Virus record (IMG/VR): IMGVR_UViG_2863389319_000001
Source: a virus
Taxonomy: Duplodnaviria > Caudoviricetes
Length of the DNA: 64,000 bases
Strand: one strand, 5' to 3'
Below the pieces are notes generated by a model, which worked only from the letters and a program-made list of their open reading frames with translations, was not told where the DNA came from and made no database searches. Below, piece after piece: positions 19,035 through 26,965 of the stretch. A program made the position numbers and the translations under genes. Positions within the stretch are counted from its first letter, which is position 1. Each line of letters begins with the position of its first letter.

Positions 19035-19225
19035 CCGCCGGCTGGATGGCCGCGCTGGTGCTCGCCTGCGCCGGCGTGCTTGCCCTGCTGGCGTGGGATC
19101 AGCAGCGAGTCCAGGCCGGCCGGGTGGAGGCGGAGCGTCAGGGCCGTCCGCTGACCGCGGCGGAGGAACACGAGTGGGCGGCCATCACCGCTCCCCTGAT
19201 CGAGGAGCAGCGGGGCCGTGGCTGA
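19031..19225 (+). CDS. Small membrane protein
   Basis: N-terminal TM segment. Confidence 0.5.
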   Translation: MTAGWMAALVLACAGVLALLAWDQQRVQAGRVEAERQGRPLTAAEEHEWAAITAPLIEEQRGRG

Positions 19226-19424
19226 CGCCCAGTTCGAGGATGAGCGGTGGGAGAGCCTGCCGCTCGACCTGGGTCTGGTCTTCGACGCTGACGAGAGTTT
19301 GGGGGGCGGGGAACCGTGCTTGCAGTTGCCGCCGGGGCATCATCTGGTCGTCCAGCGTTACGGTCGGAGGCTGGTGGCTCGCTTGGCCGTGGACCTGCCA
19401 GATATCGCGGAGTGGAATGGCTAA
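19218..19424 (+). CDS. Hypothetical protein
   Basis: GAGGAG RBS, overlapping upstream stop. Confidence 0.5.
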   Translation: MADAQFEDERWESLPLDLGLVFDADESLGGGEPCLQLPPGHHLVVQRYGRRLVARLAVDLPDIAEWNG

Positions 19425-19467
19425 CGCCGCTTTCACGCTGGCTTGGTGCACAATGAGCGCAATGCGA

Positions 19468-19499
19468 AAGCGCCAACCCCCTGCCCGGGGTTGGCGCTT
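19468..19499. terminator. 13-bp stem-loop
   Basis: AAGCGCCAACCCC-ctgccc-GGGGTTGGCGCTT. Confidence 0.6.
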
Positions 19500-19559
19500 C
19501 ACGAGGTACCGCTGGTGTGGATGCTCCTAGCGTACCCCTCGCACCGCCCGGAGACCCCC

Positions 19560-19682
19560 ATGCACGACGCCCTCCCCCACGACGAGCTCGTTCTCCGCCA
19601 ACTCCTGGGTCTGACACCCGAGCAGGTCGCATCCCTGCCGGACTACCTTCGCGTGTTCATCCGCGAGTTCCTTGCCGCCTGA
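19560..19682 (+). CDS. 40-aa hypothetical protein between two hairpins
   Basis: GGAG RBS + ATG. Confidence 0.4.
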   Translation: MHDALPHDELVLRQLLGLTPEQVASLPDYLRVFIREFLAA

Positions 19683-19789
19683 ACGACGAAGCGGGACGCC
19701 CCCGCTAGGGCGCCCCGCTCGACCCGCCAACCTGACCAGCTCACCACGGCTCGTCGAACCCGACGGTACTCCGATCACAGGAGTTGCGC

Positions 19790-20443
19790 ATGTTCGACGC
19801 CGACGACCTTCCGATACCCCGATGCTGCTGCTGCGGCCACGAGTTGCATGGCGCCGATGGTGCGCGTGCCGCCTGCGTGTACTGCCAGCACCGCATGCAT
19901 GACCGGCTGAACGCCGTTGAGCACCTGTGGCTCCAGCTCCCCGCCTACCTGCAGCGTGGTTCCCGTGTCGACACCGGGGGCCGTGGCGGCAGCGTGACTC
20001 CGGCCCTGCCCTTGCGCCTTGACGTCCTGGCGCTGGTCGGGCCGGGCGGGATCGTCGCCGAACTGTGCGCGATCGAGGACGACTGGCGGCGGGCCCTCGG
20101 GTTCACGGTCCAGCCGTTCCGCGGCAGCGCCGACCAGACCCTGCCGAAGGTCTGCCGGTTCCTGCGCTGCCATCTCGGCTGGGCCTGCGAGCAGCACCAG
20201 GACGTCGACGAACTCGACCTCGCCCTGGCCCGGATCGTCGGACAGTGCACGGCGATTGTCTCCGGGGAACGCCGGCGCACCATCCCGGTCGAGTGCCTGG
20301 CCGAGTGGGACGACGGGCGGCGCTGTGGCGCGGAGATGCGAATCGGGGCGCACACGCTGCGCACCATCTGCCCGGGCTGCGGCGCCGAGTGGACAAGGGA
20401 TCATCTCGTGCAGCTCGCTGCGGGATTGCAGGTGGCGGCGTGA
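19790..20443 (+). CDS. Zinc-finger phage protein (possible late regulator)
   Basis: CCCCGH..CVYC N-terminus, CGAEM...CPGCGAEW C-terminus. Confidence 0.7.
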   Translation: MFDADDLPIPRCCCCGHELHGADGARAACVYCQHRMHDRLNAVEHLWLQLPAYLQRGSRVDTGGRGGSVTPALPLRLDVLALVGPGGIVAELCAIEDDWRRALGFTVQPFRGSADQTLPKVCRFLRCHLGWACEQHQDVDELDLALARIVGQCTAIVSGERRRTIPVECLAEWDDGRRCGAEMRIGAHTLRTICPGCGAEWTRDHLVQLAAGLQVAA

Positions 20444-20673
20444 CGGGCGGGGAACAACTGACGGCGTGGCTGGTCGGAATCGTGTGCGTGACCGGCGCGG
20501 TGTCCTCAATCGTGAAGGCCTGGTCTACGGCCCGGGTCGAGTCGGCCAAAGCCGAGGCCGCGGCGCAGGAGGCGGTCGCTCGGGCGTACTTGGATGCGCA
20601 GCGGTCGATGGTCGAGGCGCAGTACGGGCGGCTGACGATCCCCGAGACCTGGTCGAAGGGCGGCGGCCTGTGA
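20440..20673 (+). CDS. Small membrane protein
   Basis: One TM helix, GTGA coupling. Confidence 0.5.
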   Translation: MTGGEQLTAWLVGIVCVTGAVSSIVKAWSTARVESAKAEAAAQEAVARAYLDAQRSMVEAQYGRLTIPETWSKGGGL

Positions 20674-20812
20674 GCACCGAGTGCTGCCCCGCCCGTGGTG
20701 GTGACGAGGAGTTGCGGCTGCAGTGCATTCGGGAGCCGCACGACGACAACTGGCACCTGGACGGGCCGGAACGCTGGTGGAAGACGGTGCCGGACGAGCA
20801 GAAGGAAGCGTC

Positions 20813-21073
20813 GTGATCGATCCCACTGAACCGGGCAGCATCGGCAGGTTCCTGTCGCTCAACTACTGGAGGCTCCAGATGACCGATCGGCAGGGCGCCG
20901 TTCACGACTACCTCAGTACGGGCTGCCTGCACGGCGACATGGTGCTGCCTGATGGGCGAACCGGGCACGCCTACTGCCAGTCGGACACGGGCGCGGCGGG
21001 GACGAAGACGCCGGCTGTTTGCAAGTTCTGCGGGGCGCCGTGTCGCTGCGACTGCCATGGGGAGGCGTCGTGA
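20813..21073 (+). CDS. Cys/His-rich hypothetical protein
   Basis: HDYLSTGCLHG...HAYCQ...CKFCGAPCRCDCH. Confidence 0.65.
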   Translation: MIDPTEPGSIGRFLSLNYWRLQMTDRQGAVHDYLSTGCLHGDMVLPDGRTGHAYCQSDTGAAGTKTPAVCKFCGAPCRCDCHGEAS

Positions 21074-21588
21074 TCGAGGAGCAGCCCCTTCCGGGCTCGA
21101 TAGGCCTGACGCCCATCTCGGGTGCGGTCGGTCTGGGGATCAGGATCGGCCAGGCCCTACTCGGCGACGGTGACTGCCCGTACGAGCACGCGTTCCTGGT
21201 ACTCCCCGACGGTCAGTTGATCGAGGCCGAGCCGGGTGGCGCGAGGATCGCGGATCTCTCGGAGTACGCGGGCCGCGAGGTCCTGTACGTGGCGCCGGCC
21301 GGGCTTACGGACGAGGAGCGGGCGGCGATCTGTGCTGCGGCCCTGAAGTACCGCGACGTGCCCTACAGCTTTCTCGACTATGCGGCGATCGCCGCCCACC
21401 GGTTCCACCTGCCCGGCAGTCCGCTGCTCAAGGGGTACGTGGCCAGCACTCGGCATCTGATCTGCTCTCAGCTGGTCGACCAGTGCTACCAGGATGCGGG
21501 GATTCACCTGTTCCAGGACGGGCGTTGGCCGGGCTATTCGACTCCCGCCGATCTCTACCGACGCCTCGGGCAGGGGGCTGAGCAGTGA
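21070..21588 (+). CDS. Permuted papain-like NlpC/P60 (YiiX/YebB-like) enzyme
   Basis: His before Cys: EHAFLV...IEAEPGG...VPYSF...LICSQLV...TPADL. Confidence 0.75.
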   Translation: MIEEQPLPGSIGLTPISGAVGLGIRIGQALLGDGDCPYEHAFLVLPDGQLIEAEPGGARIADLSEYAGREVLYVAPAGLTDEERAAICAAALKYRDVPYSFLDYAAIAAHRFHLPGSPLLKGYVASTRHLICSQLVDQCYQDAGIHLFQDGRWPGYSTPADLYRRLGQGAEQ

Positions 21589-21878
21589 GCGACTCCCTCG
21601 ACTCTCTTAACGCCCTACTGCCAGCGGATCTGCACTTCGAGTGGGTGGCGGCTGAGCCGCTCCCTGGGGCTGCGGTCGACCGGGCGACGCGGGAGCGGCG
21701 CGAGCGCTTCGCGCGGGAGACGCGCTTGTACTGGTCGGGGTGCCCGGATCCGATGACGCGGGGCCTGCTGCGGACATACGGGCTGGCGGCCGCGCAGCTT
21801 GGTCTGGTGCCGCGGTCGGCGTTCACCGCAGAGTATCGGCGTCGTCAGCGGGCCCGGGTGAAGCGGAGGCGGCGGTGA
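21585..21878 (+). CDS. Hypothetical protein
   Basis: GTGA coupling. Confidence 0.5.
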   Translation: MSDSLDSLNALLPADLHFEWVAAEPLPGAAVDRATRERRERFARETRLYWSGCPDPMTRGLLRTYGLAAAQLGLVPRSAFTAEYRRRQRARVKRRRR

Positions 21879-22075
21879 GCGGAGAGCGGGCCACTTTCCT
21901 GGTAATGCACGTCACCGCGGGCGATCCCCGCGAGGTCTGGTGCGACCGCTGCATGACCGGAGCTGGTTTCGAGGTCGACGTACTCGCGATCACGGGATCG
22001 GGCGTTCAGGTGCTGCGGACCATCGGCCGGTGCAACCGGTGCGATCGATCAGGAGGAATAGATGAGCAGTTGTGA
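21875..22075 (+). CDS. Zinc-ribbon hypothetical protein
   Basis: WCDRC...CNRC. Confidence 0.55.
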   Translation: MSGERATFLVMHVTAGDPREVWCDRCMTGAGFEVDVLAITGSGVQVLRTIGRCNRCDRSGGIDEQL

Positions 22076-22464
22076 GCGGTGCGGCGACGGCGGCCACTGC
22101 GCGTGCTGGCACGGGGCGTGCTGTACGTGTGGGAGCAAGGGGCACGGCCGGTGCGGGGCGCATCCACCGGCGGACGCTTCAGTGAAGCACGGGGGCGGGT
22201 GTCGGGCCTGTGCGAAGGTTGCGGCAGTGGACGAAACGGTGCAGGTGCGCGTTGATGACGGCTACGAGCAGGGGCAGCTGGTGGGGGTGGGGGCCTCCCG
22301 AGGGCTTCGCGATACGAGAGCCACTCCCGGAATCGTCGGAGCCGCGGTTGCATTGCACCCGCGAAGACTGTGCAGGATTCGACCGGCCGGTGCCGTTCGG
22401 GGCTCAGCTGACCGAAGCTGTCGCCATGGTGGTGGAGCACCTTAGAGCGGAGCACGGTGATTGA
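22062..22464 (+). pseudogene. Cys-rich ORF, possibly frameshifted in G5 tracts at 22283-22293
   Basis: Strong AGGAGG start in one frame; the frame that couples to the next gene is shifted by one base. Confidence 0.35.
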
Positions 22465-22732
22465 GCATCCGGCGGCGGTGATCTGGCGTTGGTCGGCGCC
22501 GTGGCTGGATGCCCGGCTGGACGGGGTCTGTGCGGGCCCGGAGGTGGTGCTCTTGGAGAGGGCGGCGGCGATCTCGAAAGTGCTACAGGAAACGGCTTAC
22601 GAGCTGGACGGGGCCATGTTGTACGGGTGGCGGCAGCGGCTGCGTGATGAGGGCTGGTCGGGTTGGCTGCTGGATCTGGACATGCCGGTGCTGGTAGCGC
22701 CGGCGAAGGCCAAGAGTCGGAGGCGGCGGTGA
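22457..22732 (+). CDS. Hypothetical protein
   Basis: GGAG RBS + GTG. Confidence 0.5.
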   Translation: MIEHPAAVIWRWSAPWLDARLDGVCAGPEVVLLERAAAISKVLQETAYELDGAMLYGWRQRLRDEGWSGWLLDLDMPVLVAPAKAKSRRRR

Positions 22733-23004
22733 TGTGGCTGCTGCTGGCCGTGGTGGCGCTGGTCGTTTGCGGGGCCGGATTGGCGGTGTCGTTCTGGCGG
22801 GAGTGGCGTCCGGGTCTGCCGGCGTGGGCACGAAGGAGGCGGCCGGCGGCCAGGGCTCGGGTCTTCCGTGTCACGACCGGCTGCTGGGAGGTGTGGTGCC
22901 ACCGCTGCGCCATGGCGGACCGCGGCATGGTGGACCTGGTCGGCTCGTGGGAGCGGGCTATTCAGCGGGCGGACGAGCATCTGAAGGAGACGCACGGTGG
23001 TTGA
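22732..23004 (+). CDS. Small membrane protein with CxxC
   Basis: N-terminal TM, WCHRC. Confidence 0.5.
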   Translation: MWLLLAVVALVVCGAGLAVSFWREWRPGLPAWARRRRPAARARVFRVTTGCWEVWCHRCAMADRGMVDLVGSWERAIQRADEHLKETHGG

Positions 23005-23389
23005 GCATCCGGCGGTCGATTTCCTGCGGCAGGCGCACTCCCGGGCCGAGGGGTTGGCGCGGGCCGCGCACAGCTACAAGCTGGTTGCGGCGCCGGGTAG
23101 TCCGAGTCCGGACGGTTGGGTTGTGGATGAGGCTCTGTGTCTACTGAAGGCGGGCGCGCCGACTGCGGAGTTCATCGTGGGCTACGGGCCGTCGACGGTG
23201 CTGCGCCGGGTCGGCGTCGAGCGACGGATCCTCGCCGAGCACAAGCCAGTCGAGGCCGTGGGCTACGACGGCTACGGGGTTGCGGTGATCGACACATGCG
23301 ATCTCTGTGGTTCGCAGTACGCGCCCTACCCGTGCCGGACGGTGCTGCTGCTCGCGGCCGGCTGGGGCTGGACGGAGGGGTCGGAGTGA
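22997..23389 (+). CDS. DUF6221-like protein
   Basis: FLRQA...PSTVLRRVGVERRILAEH...YPCRTVLLLA. Confidence 0.65.
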   Translation: MVEHPAVDFLRQAHSRAEGLARAAHSYKLVAAPGSPSPDGWVVDEALCLLKAGAPTAEFIVGYGPSTVLRRVGVERRILAEHKPVEAVGYDGYGVAVIDTCDLCGSQYAPYPCRTVLLLAAGWGWTEGSE

Positions 23390-23847
23390 GTGACGAGGTT
23401 CGGGCGCCATGGACACCCGAGCAGATCGAGGCGATCAACAGTTACCAGGCCGCCGCTGACTACCCTCTCGTCTGCGGCCGAACTCACGATCTACATAAGG
23501 GCTGGCATGTGGTCCTGATCGCGCGCAGGGACGGCATGCGGTGCTCTGATCCGTCTTGCGACTATCGGCAGAACTGGGTACTCGGCCATATGGCCAAGCC
23601 CGGGCAGTGGACGGGAATGAACTGGAGGGACATGCTGCTTGGCCTGCTGGCGTGGGAGGTGGGGCGGCTTGACCGGCCGTCGCCGTTCTTGGGCGGCCGG
23701 TCGTGGCTGGAAGAGCTGGCCGGGGCGCCGATCCCGCACAGTCGGGAGTCCTACCCGCCGACGATCCCGGCGGCCTGCTATGAGGCGTCGTTCGGGTGGG
23801 TGCATGTCCGGCCAGGTTGCCGCTGCCCCCGAGGAAAAGGCGCCTGA
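23386..23847 (+). CDS. Hypothetical phage protein
   Basis: APWTPEQIEAINSYQ...CGRTH...CDYRQNW. Confidence 0.6.
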   Translation: MSDEVRAPWTPEQIEAINSYQAAADYPLVCGRTHDLHKGWHVVLIARRDGMRCSDPSCDYRQNWVLGHMAKPGQWTGMNWRDMLLGLLAWEVGRLDRPSPFLGGRSWLEELAGAPIPHSRESYPPTIPAACYEASFGWVHVRPGCRCPRGKGA

Positions 23848-23854
23848 CCTCCGG

Positions 23855-24199
23855 TCACTCGTTCGCGGCCTCATCGAGGATTCGCAGGACCTCAGCCGCT
23901 GCTGCCTCGTGCCCGGTGGTGGTGGTGGTGGTGGCCCACGTCCGGATCGTGGCGACCTGGCCCGAGTACATGCCGGCGAGGTCGCCGAGCAGGTAGGCGG
24001 TTCCGGATGCGCCTTGGCTGCGGGCGACTTCGAGCTGCGCCTCCAGCTCGGCGATCCGGACCGCCAGTTGGTCGCGTTCGTCGGCGATCGGCTGCACGAT
24101 CCCCAGGACTGCGTCGGCGAGGGGAACGGTCTGGCCGTCGCGGATGACAGGATGCAGTCCGATCGCGCATTCGATACGGGCCCGCAGGTCGTCGGTCAC
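23855..24199 (-). CDS. Hypothetical protein (last gene of leftward operon)
   Basis: GAGGAGCAGCCGTGA start junction. Confidence 0.6.
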   Translation of the reverse strand: MTDDLRARIECAIGLHPVIRDGQTVPLADAVLGIVQPIADERDQLAVRIAELEAQLEVARSQGASGTAYLLGDLAGMYSGQVATIRTWATTTTTTGHEAAAAEVLRILDEAANE

Positions 24200-24439
24200 G
24201 GCTGCTCCTCGGCTGACACCGGGTCGATGAGGCTGGCTGCCTCCGCGTGCCCAGCATCGCGGAGCTTGCGGGCCGCCATGTGTACAGCCTGTTCCTGCAT
24301 CGCGGTCAGGCGCTTAGTCAGTTCCTCGTGATAGGCGGGGGGGCACATAGTTGATCGCCAGCCACGACTCGTAGGTGACGCGCGGGTTCGGGACCCGTCC
24401 GGGCATGACGGGCCATCCGTAGGTGTAGGGGTCGGTCAC
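24196..24439 (-). pseudogene. 80-aa ORF interrupted by one extra base in a C7 tract (24337-24343)
   Basis: 244 bp between identical junction motifs; removing one C gives an ORF ending EEQP* coupled to the next gene. Confidence 0.7.
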
Positions 24440-24663
24440 GGCTGCTCCTCGACGGTGTAGGTGGTGGTCTCGCGGACGATCCGCGGCGTGGCGTTGGGGA
24501 AGCGGCGGGCGACGCCAGCCTGCTTCAGCTTGGCTTCGGGGATGCTGTCGCTGGTTGACGCGACCGGGCCCCACTCGCCGTTCTCCCAGCCCTCGACCAG
24601 CCAGCGGTGCCGGGTGCGGCCCGTCAGGTCGTCACCCGGCATCGTGCGGTGCCAGACGGTCAC
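24436..24663 (-). CDS. Hypothetical protein
   Basis: Ends RIVRETTTYTVEEQP at junction motif. Confidence 0.55.
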   Translation of the reverse strand: MTVWHRTMPGDDLTGRTRHRWLVEGWENGEWGPVASTSDSIPEAKLKQAGVARRFPNATPRIVRETTTYTVEEQP

Positions 24664-24665
24664 GG

Positions 24666-24947
24666 CTACTCCCATCCGTATTCGTTGTTGATCTGCTCCA
24701 TCAGCTTCGGGAGCGTAGGCGCGGAGAAGTGCGCGACGGGATGGCCGTAGCACCACACTTGCTCATGGAACGCGTCGTTCTCGAACCAGACACGGCCGTT
24801 GAAGTTCCGTGCGGCGTGGCGCCCCCAGACGGCCTCGTTGCGCAGGCGGTCCTCGAAGCCGGGGTCGATGGCGTGATCGAAGTTGCTCATGCCGAGCCGG
24901 CGGATCTCGACGTGGCCCTTGGGGACTGCCCCGATGTTCTCGCTCAC
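24666..24947 (-). CDS. Hypothetical protein
   Basis: GAGGCAGCCGTGA junction; MSNFDHAID...WGRHAARNFNG. Confidence 0.6.
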   Translation of the reverse strand: MSENIGAVPKGHVEIRRLGMSNFDHAIDPGFEDRLRNEAVWGRHAARNFNGRVWFENDAFHEQVWCYGHPVAHFSAPTLPKLMEQINNEYGWE

Positions 24948-25156
24948 GGCTGCCTCTGGTGTGCGGGTTGGGCGTGCAGGGCGTCGAGCGCTGCGAGGGT
25001 CGGGTCCACGCCGCCCATGCACTGCTCGGCGCACCATGGGGTCCCCCGGCCGGGGCAGTCCTCGTCGTGGGGGAACGATGCTTGGCAGAGGTCGCAGCTC
25101 GGCCATGCGGGGGCGTGGGTGACGATGTACAGCGGGTGGCGGCAGATGATGGTCAC
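24944..25156 (-). CDS. Cys-rich small protein
   Basis: Coupled ORF, CDLC/C..C. Confidence 0.5.
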   Translation of the reverse strand: MTIICRHPLYIVTHAPAWPSCDLCQASFPHDEDCPGRGTPWCAEQCMGGVDPTLAALDALHAQPAHQRQP

Positions 25157-25605
25157 GGCTGGCATCCGATCTGGTGGTCGCCGCCGGTCCCGTCACACGT
25201 CGGGCAGGCATCGTCGCGGCACCAGGCCTCGTGGCGCAGCTCCTCCAACTCCTGCGGATCGCGGGCCTTCGCCGCGTCGATGAACTTGTCCGTGGCGTGC
25301 TCTCGGCTGCGGTCGGCGATGGTCTGGATTTTTGTGGCGAGGTGCTGTTCGGGGTCGTCGGTGAAGGAGTGCAGGGCGACCATGGCGGTGACGATCACGT
25401 CGCAGAGTTCGTCGGCGACATCGGCCCGGCTGTGGGTCACGCCCTTGCGCGGGTTCTGACCCACCATGCCGATGTACGCCTGCATCACCTCCCCAGCCTC
25501 CTCGGTGAGCTTCATCAGCCGCATCGCGGTCTCGTGCGGGCTGGTGCCGTTGGCCTGGTCGAGCCAGGCGACGAGCTCGCGGATCGTCTGCCAATCGGTG
25601 CTCAC
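25153..25605 (-). CDS. MazG-like nucleotide pyrophosphohydrolase
   Basis: KLTEEAGEV...GQNPRKG...DELCDV (EExE...ExxD). Confidence 0.85.
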   Translation of the reverse strand: MSTDWQTIRELVAWLDQANGTSPHETAMRLMKLTEEAGEVMQAYIGMVGQNPRKGVTHSRADVADELCDVIVTAMVALHSFTDDPEQHLATKIQTIADRSREHATDKFIDAAKARDPQELEELRHEAWCRDDACPTCDGTGGDHQIGCQP

Positions 25606-25814
25606 TTGGCCTCCAAGGCGTATCCGGTGCGGCGGGGTTTGCCGGTCTTGGTGGTGGGGCTGTCATGGAGGGCGTTGAGGAGGATCTCGCCGCGGCGGCC
25701 GGTGTTGAGGTAGAAGACCTCGGCACGGTTCGGGCCGACGGTCATGACACGCAGTCGAATGTGCGGCGCGCGCGGGTCGCAGTAGCGGTAGATCTGGTCG
25801 GGCTGGACGGTCAC
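25602..25814 (-). CDS. Hypothetical protein
   Basis: VQPDQIYRYCDPR...TKTGKPRRTGYAL. Confidence 0.6.
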   Translation of the reverse strand: MTVQPDQIYRYCDPRAPHIRLRVMTVGPNRAEVFYLNTGRRGEILLNALHDSPTTKTGKPRRTGYALEAK

Positions 25815-26248
25815 GGCTGCTCCCTTGAGGGCTGCTCGGTTCGGGCGGCGTAGGCGGCTTCGAAGGGCTTCTCGTGGTCGCGGATTGCTGTGACGACCAG
25901 GTCGGCGATCTCAGCGATGGGGTGCTCGTAGGTGTTGGCGTTTTCGGCCTTGGGTGCGGCTTCGAAGGCGCGTGAGAGTAGGGGCGTTGCGTCGGTGCCG
26001 AGACCGAACGTTACGTACACGGCGATCGAGTAGTCGGTCGGCCCCGGGTAGATGTCGATGTTGTAGATGCGGGTGTCGCGGTCCGGGTTGTCCGGGTCGT
26101 TGTATTCGGCGAATCCGGTCATGTGGTCGGTGGTGATGTGGGGCGCCGTGTACTCGTCGACGTCGAAGGGGTGCATCTCGATGCCGATGCCTGCTGCTTC
26201 GAGCGCGGCAGCGGTGGTGATCAGGGCGTGGGCTTGGCGCAGGCGCAT
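25811..26248 (-). CDS. Acidic hypothetical protein
   Basis: AAGGAG RBS + ATG 26248. Confidence 0.6.
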   Translation of the reverse strand: MRLRQAHALITTAAALEAAGIGIEMHPFDVDEYTAPHITTDHMTGFAEYNDPDNPDRDTRIYNIDIYPGPTDYSIAVYVTFGLGTDATPLLSRAFEAAPKAENANTYEHPIAEIADLVVTAIRDHEKPFEAAYAARTEQPSREQP

Positions 26249-26384
26249 AGCGTGGCTCCTTGTCAGATGGGTCGGCCGTCGCAGTCGATGTAGCCGTCGG
26301 GGCCGCGGCGGGGCTGCCAGCAGCCGGCCTGCGGGTCGTCGTCGGGCTGTTCTGTGTTGGGCCACGCGTCGTCGTAGTCGATCA

Positions 26385-26570
26385 CTACCGCTCCTCGGCT
26401 GCGTCGAGTCGGGCGGCACGGAGCGCCAGGCGCAGGGCCTGCTCGGCCAAGGTCTGCGTCGCGAGCGCGAGTTCGTCGGCCGACGCGGTCGTGGCTTGGT
26501 CGGCGAGCTCGCGGGCGTCGTCGGCAAAGCGGCGCACGACGCGGGCCAACCGGTCGCGGTCCGCGGTCAC
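26385..26570 (-). CDS. Small helical protein
   Basis: AAGGAGCAGCAGTGA junction. Confidence 0.5.
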   Translation of the reverse strand: MTADRDRLARVVRRFADDARELADQATTASADELALATQTLAEQALRLALRAARLDAAEER

Positions 26571-26735
26571 TGCTGCTCCTTCGGGGGCTGGCCAGCGCCT
26601 TTGCAGATGCCGTGGTTCCACAGGGTGCCGTCTTTGCGGAGGGCGCGGTTCAGGCCGCAGACGGGACAGGCGCCGGTCGGCTTGGCAATAGTGGTCATCA
26701 CCACTCCTTGGGGTCGATGGTCCCGAATAGCGGTG

Positions 26736-26954
26736 TCAGTCGCGGTAGATGCCGTCGTGGTACACCCAGTGGTCCTGGCGCGGCTTCCACTGCTCGATCC
26801 AGACCTCGGTCGCCTGACTCGTCCCGGCGACGCGGGCTTCCCGCTCGGCATAGGCCGCCTGGTACGCCTTCGTCTCACTGGTGTGCTCGGTGCGGAGCGG
26901 GCCGTCGGGGGTGGCGCAGATGACGGCCCAGGGCTTTGGCTTGCGGGTGGCCAC
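26736..26954 (-). CDS. Hypothetical protein
   Basis: GAGGAG RBS. Confidence 0.55.
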   Translation of the reverse strand: MATRKPKPWAVICATPDGPLRTEHTSETKAYQAAYAEREARVAGTSQATEVWIEQWKPRQDHWVYHDGIYRD

Positions 26955-26965
26955 GATGGCTCTCC

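Noticed and set aside
23912-23934. (GGT)n microsatellite
   Set aside because: In-frame poly-Thr codons on the minus strand; length change would not switch the gene
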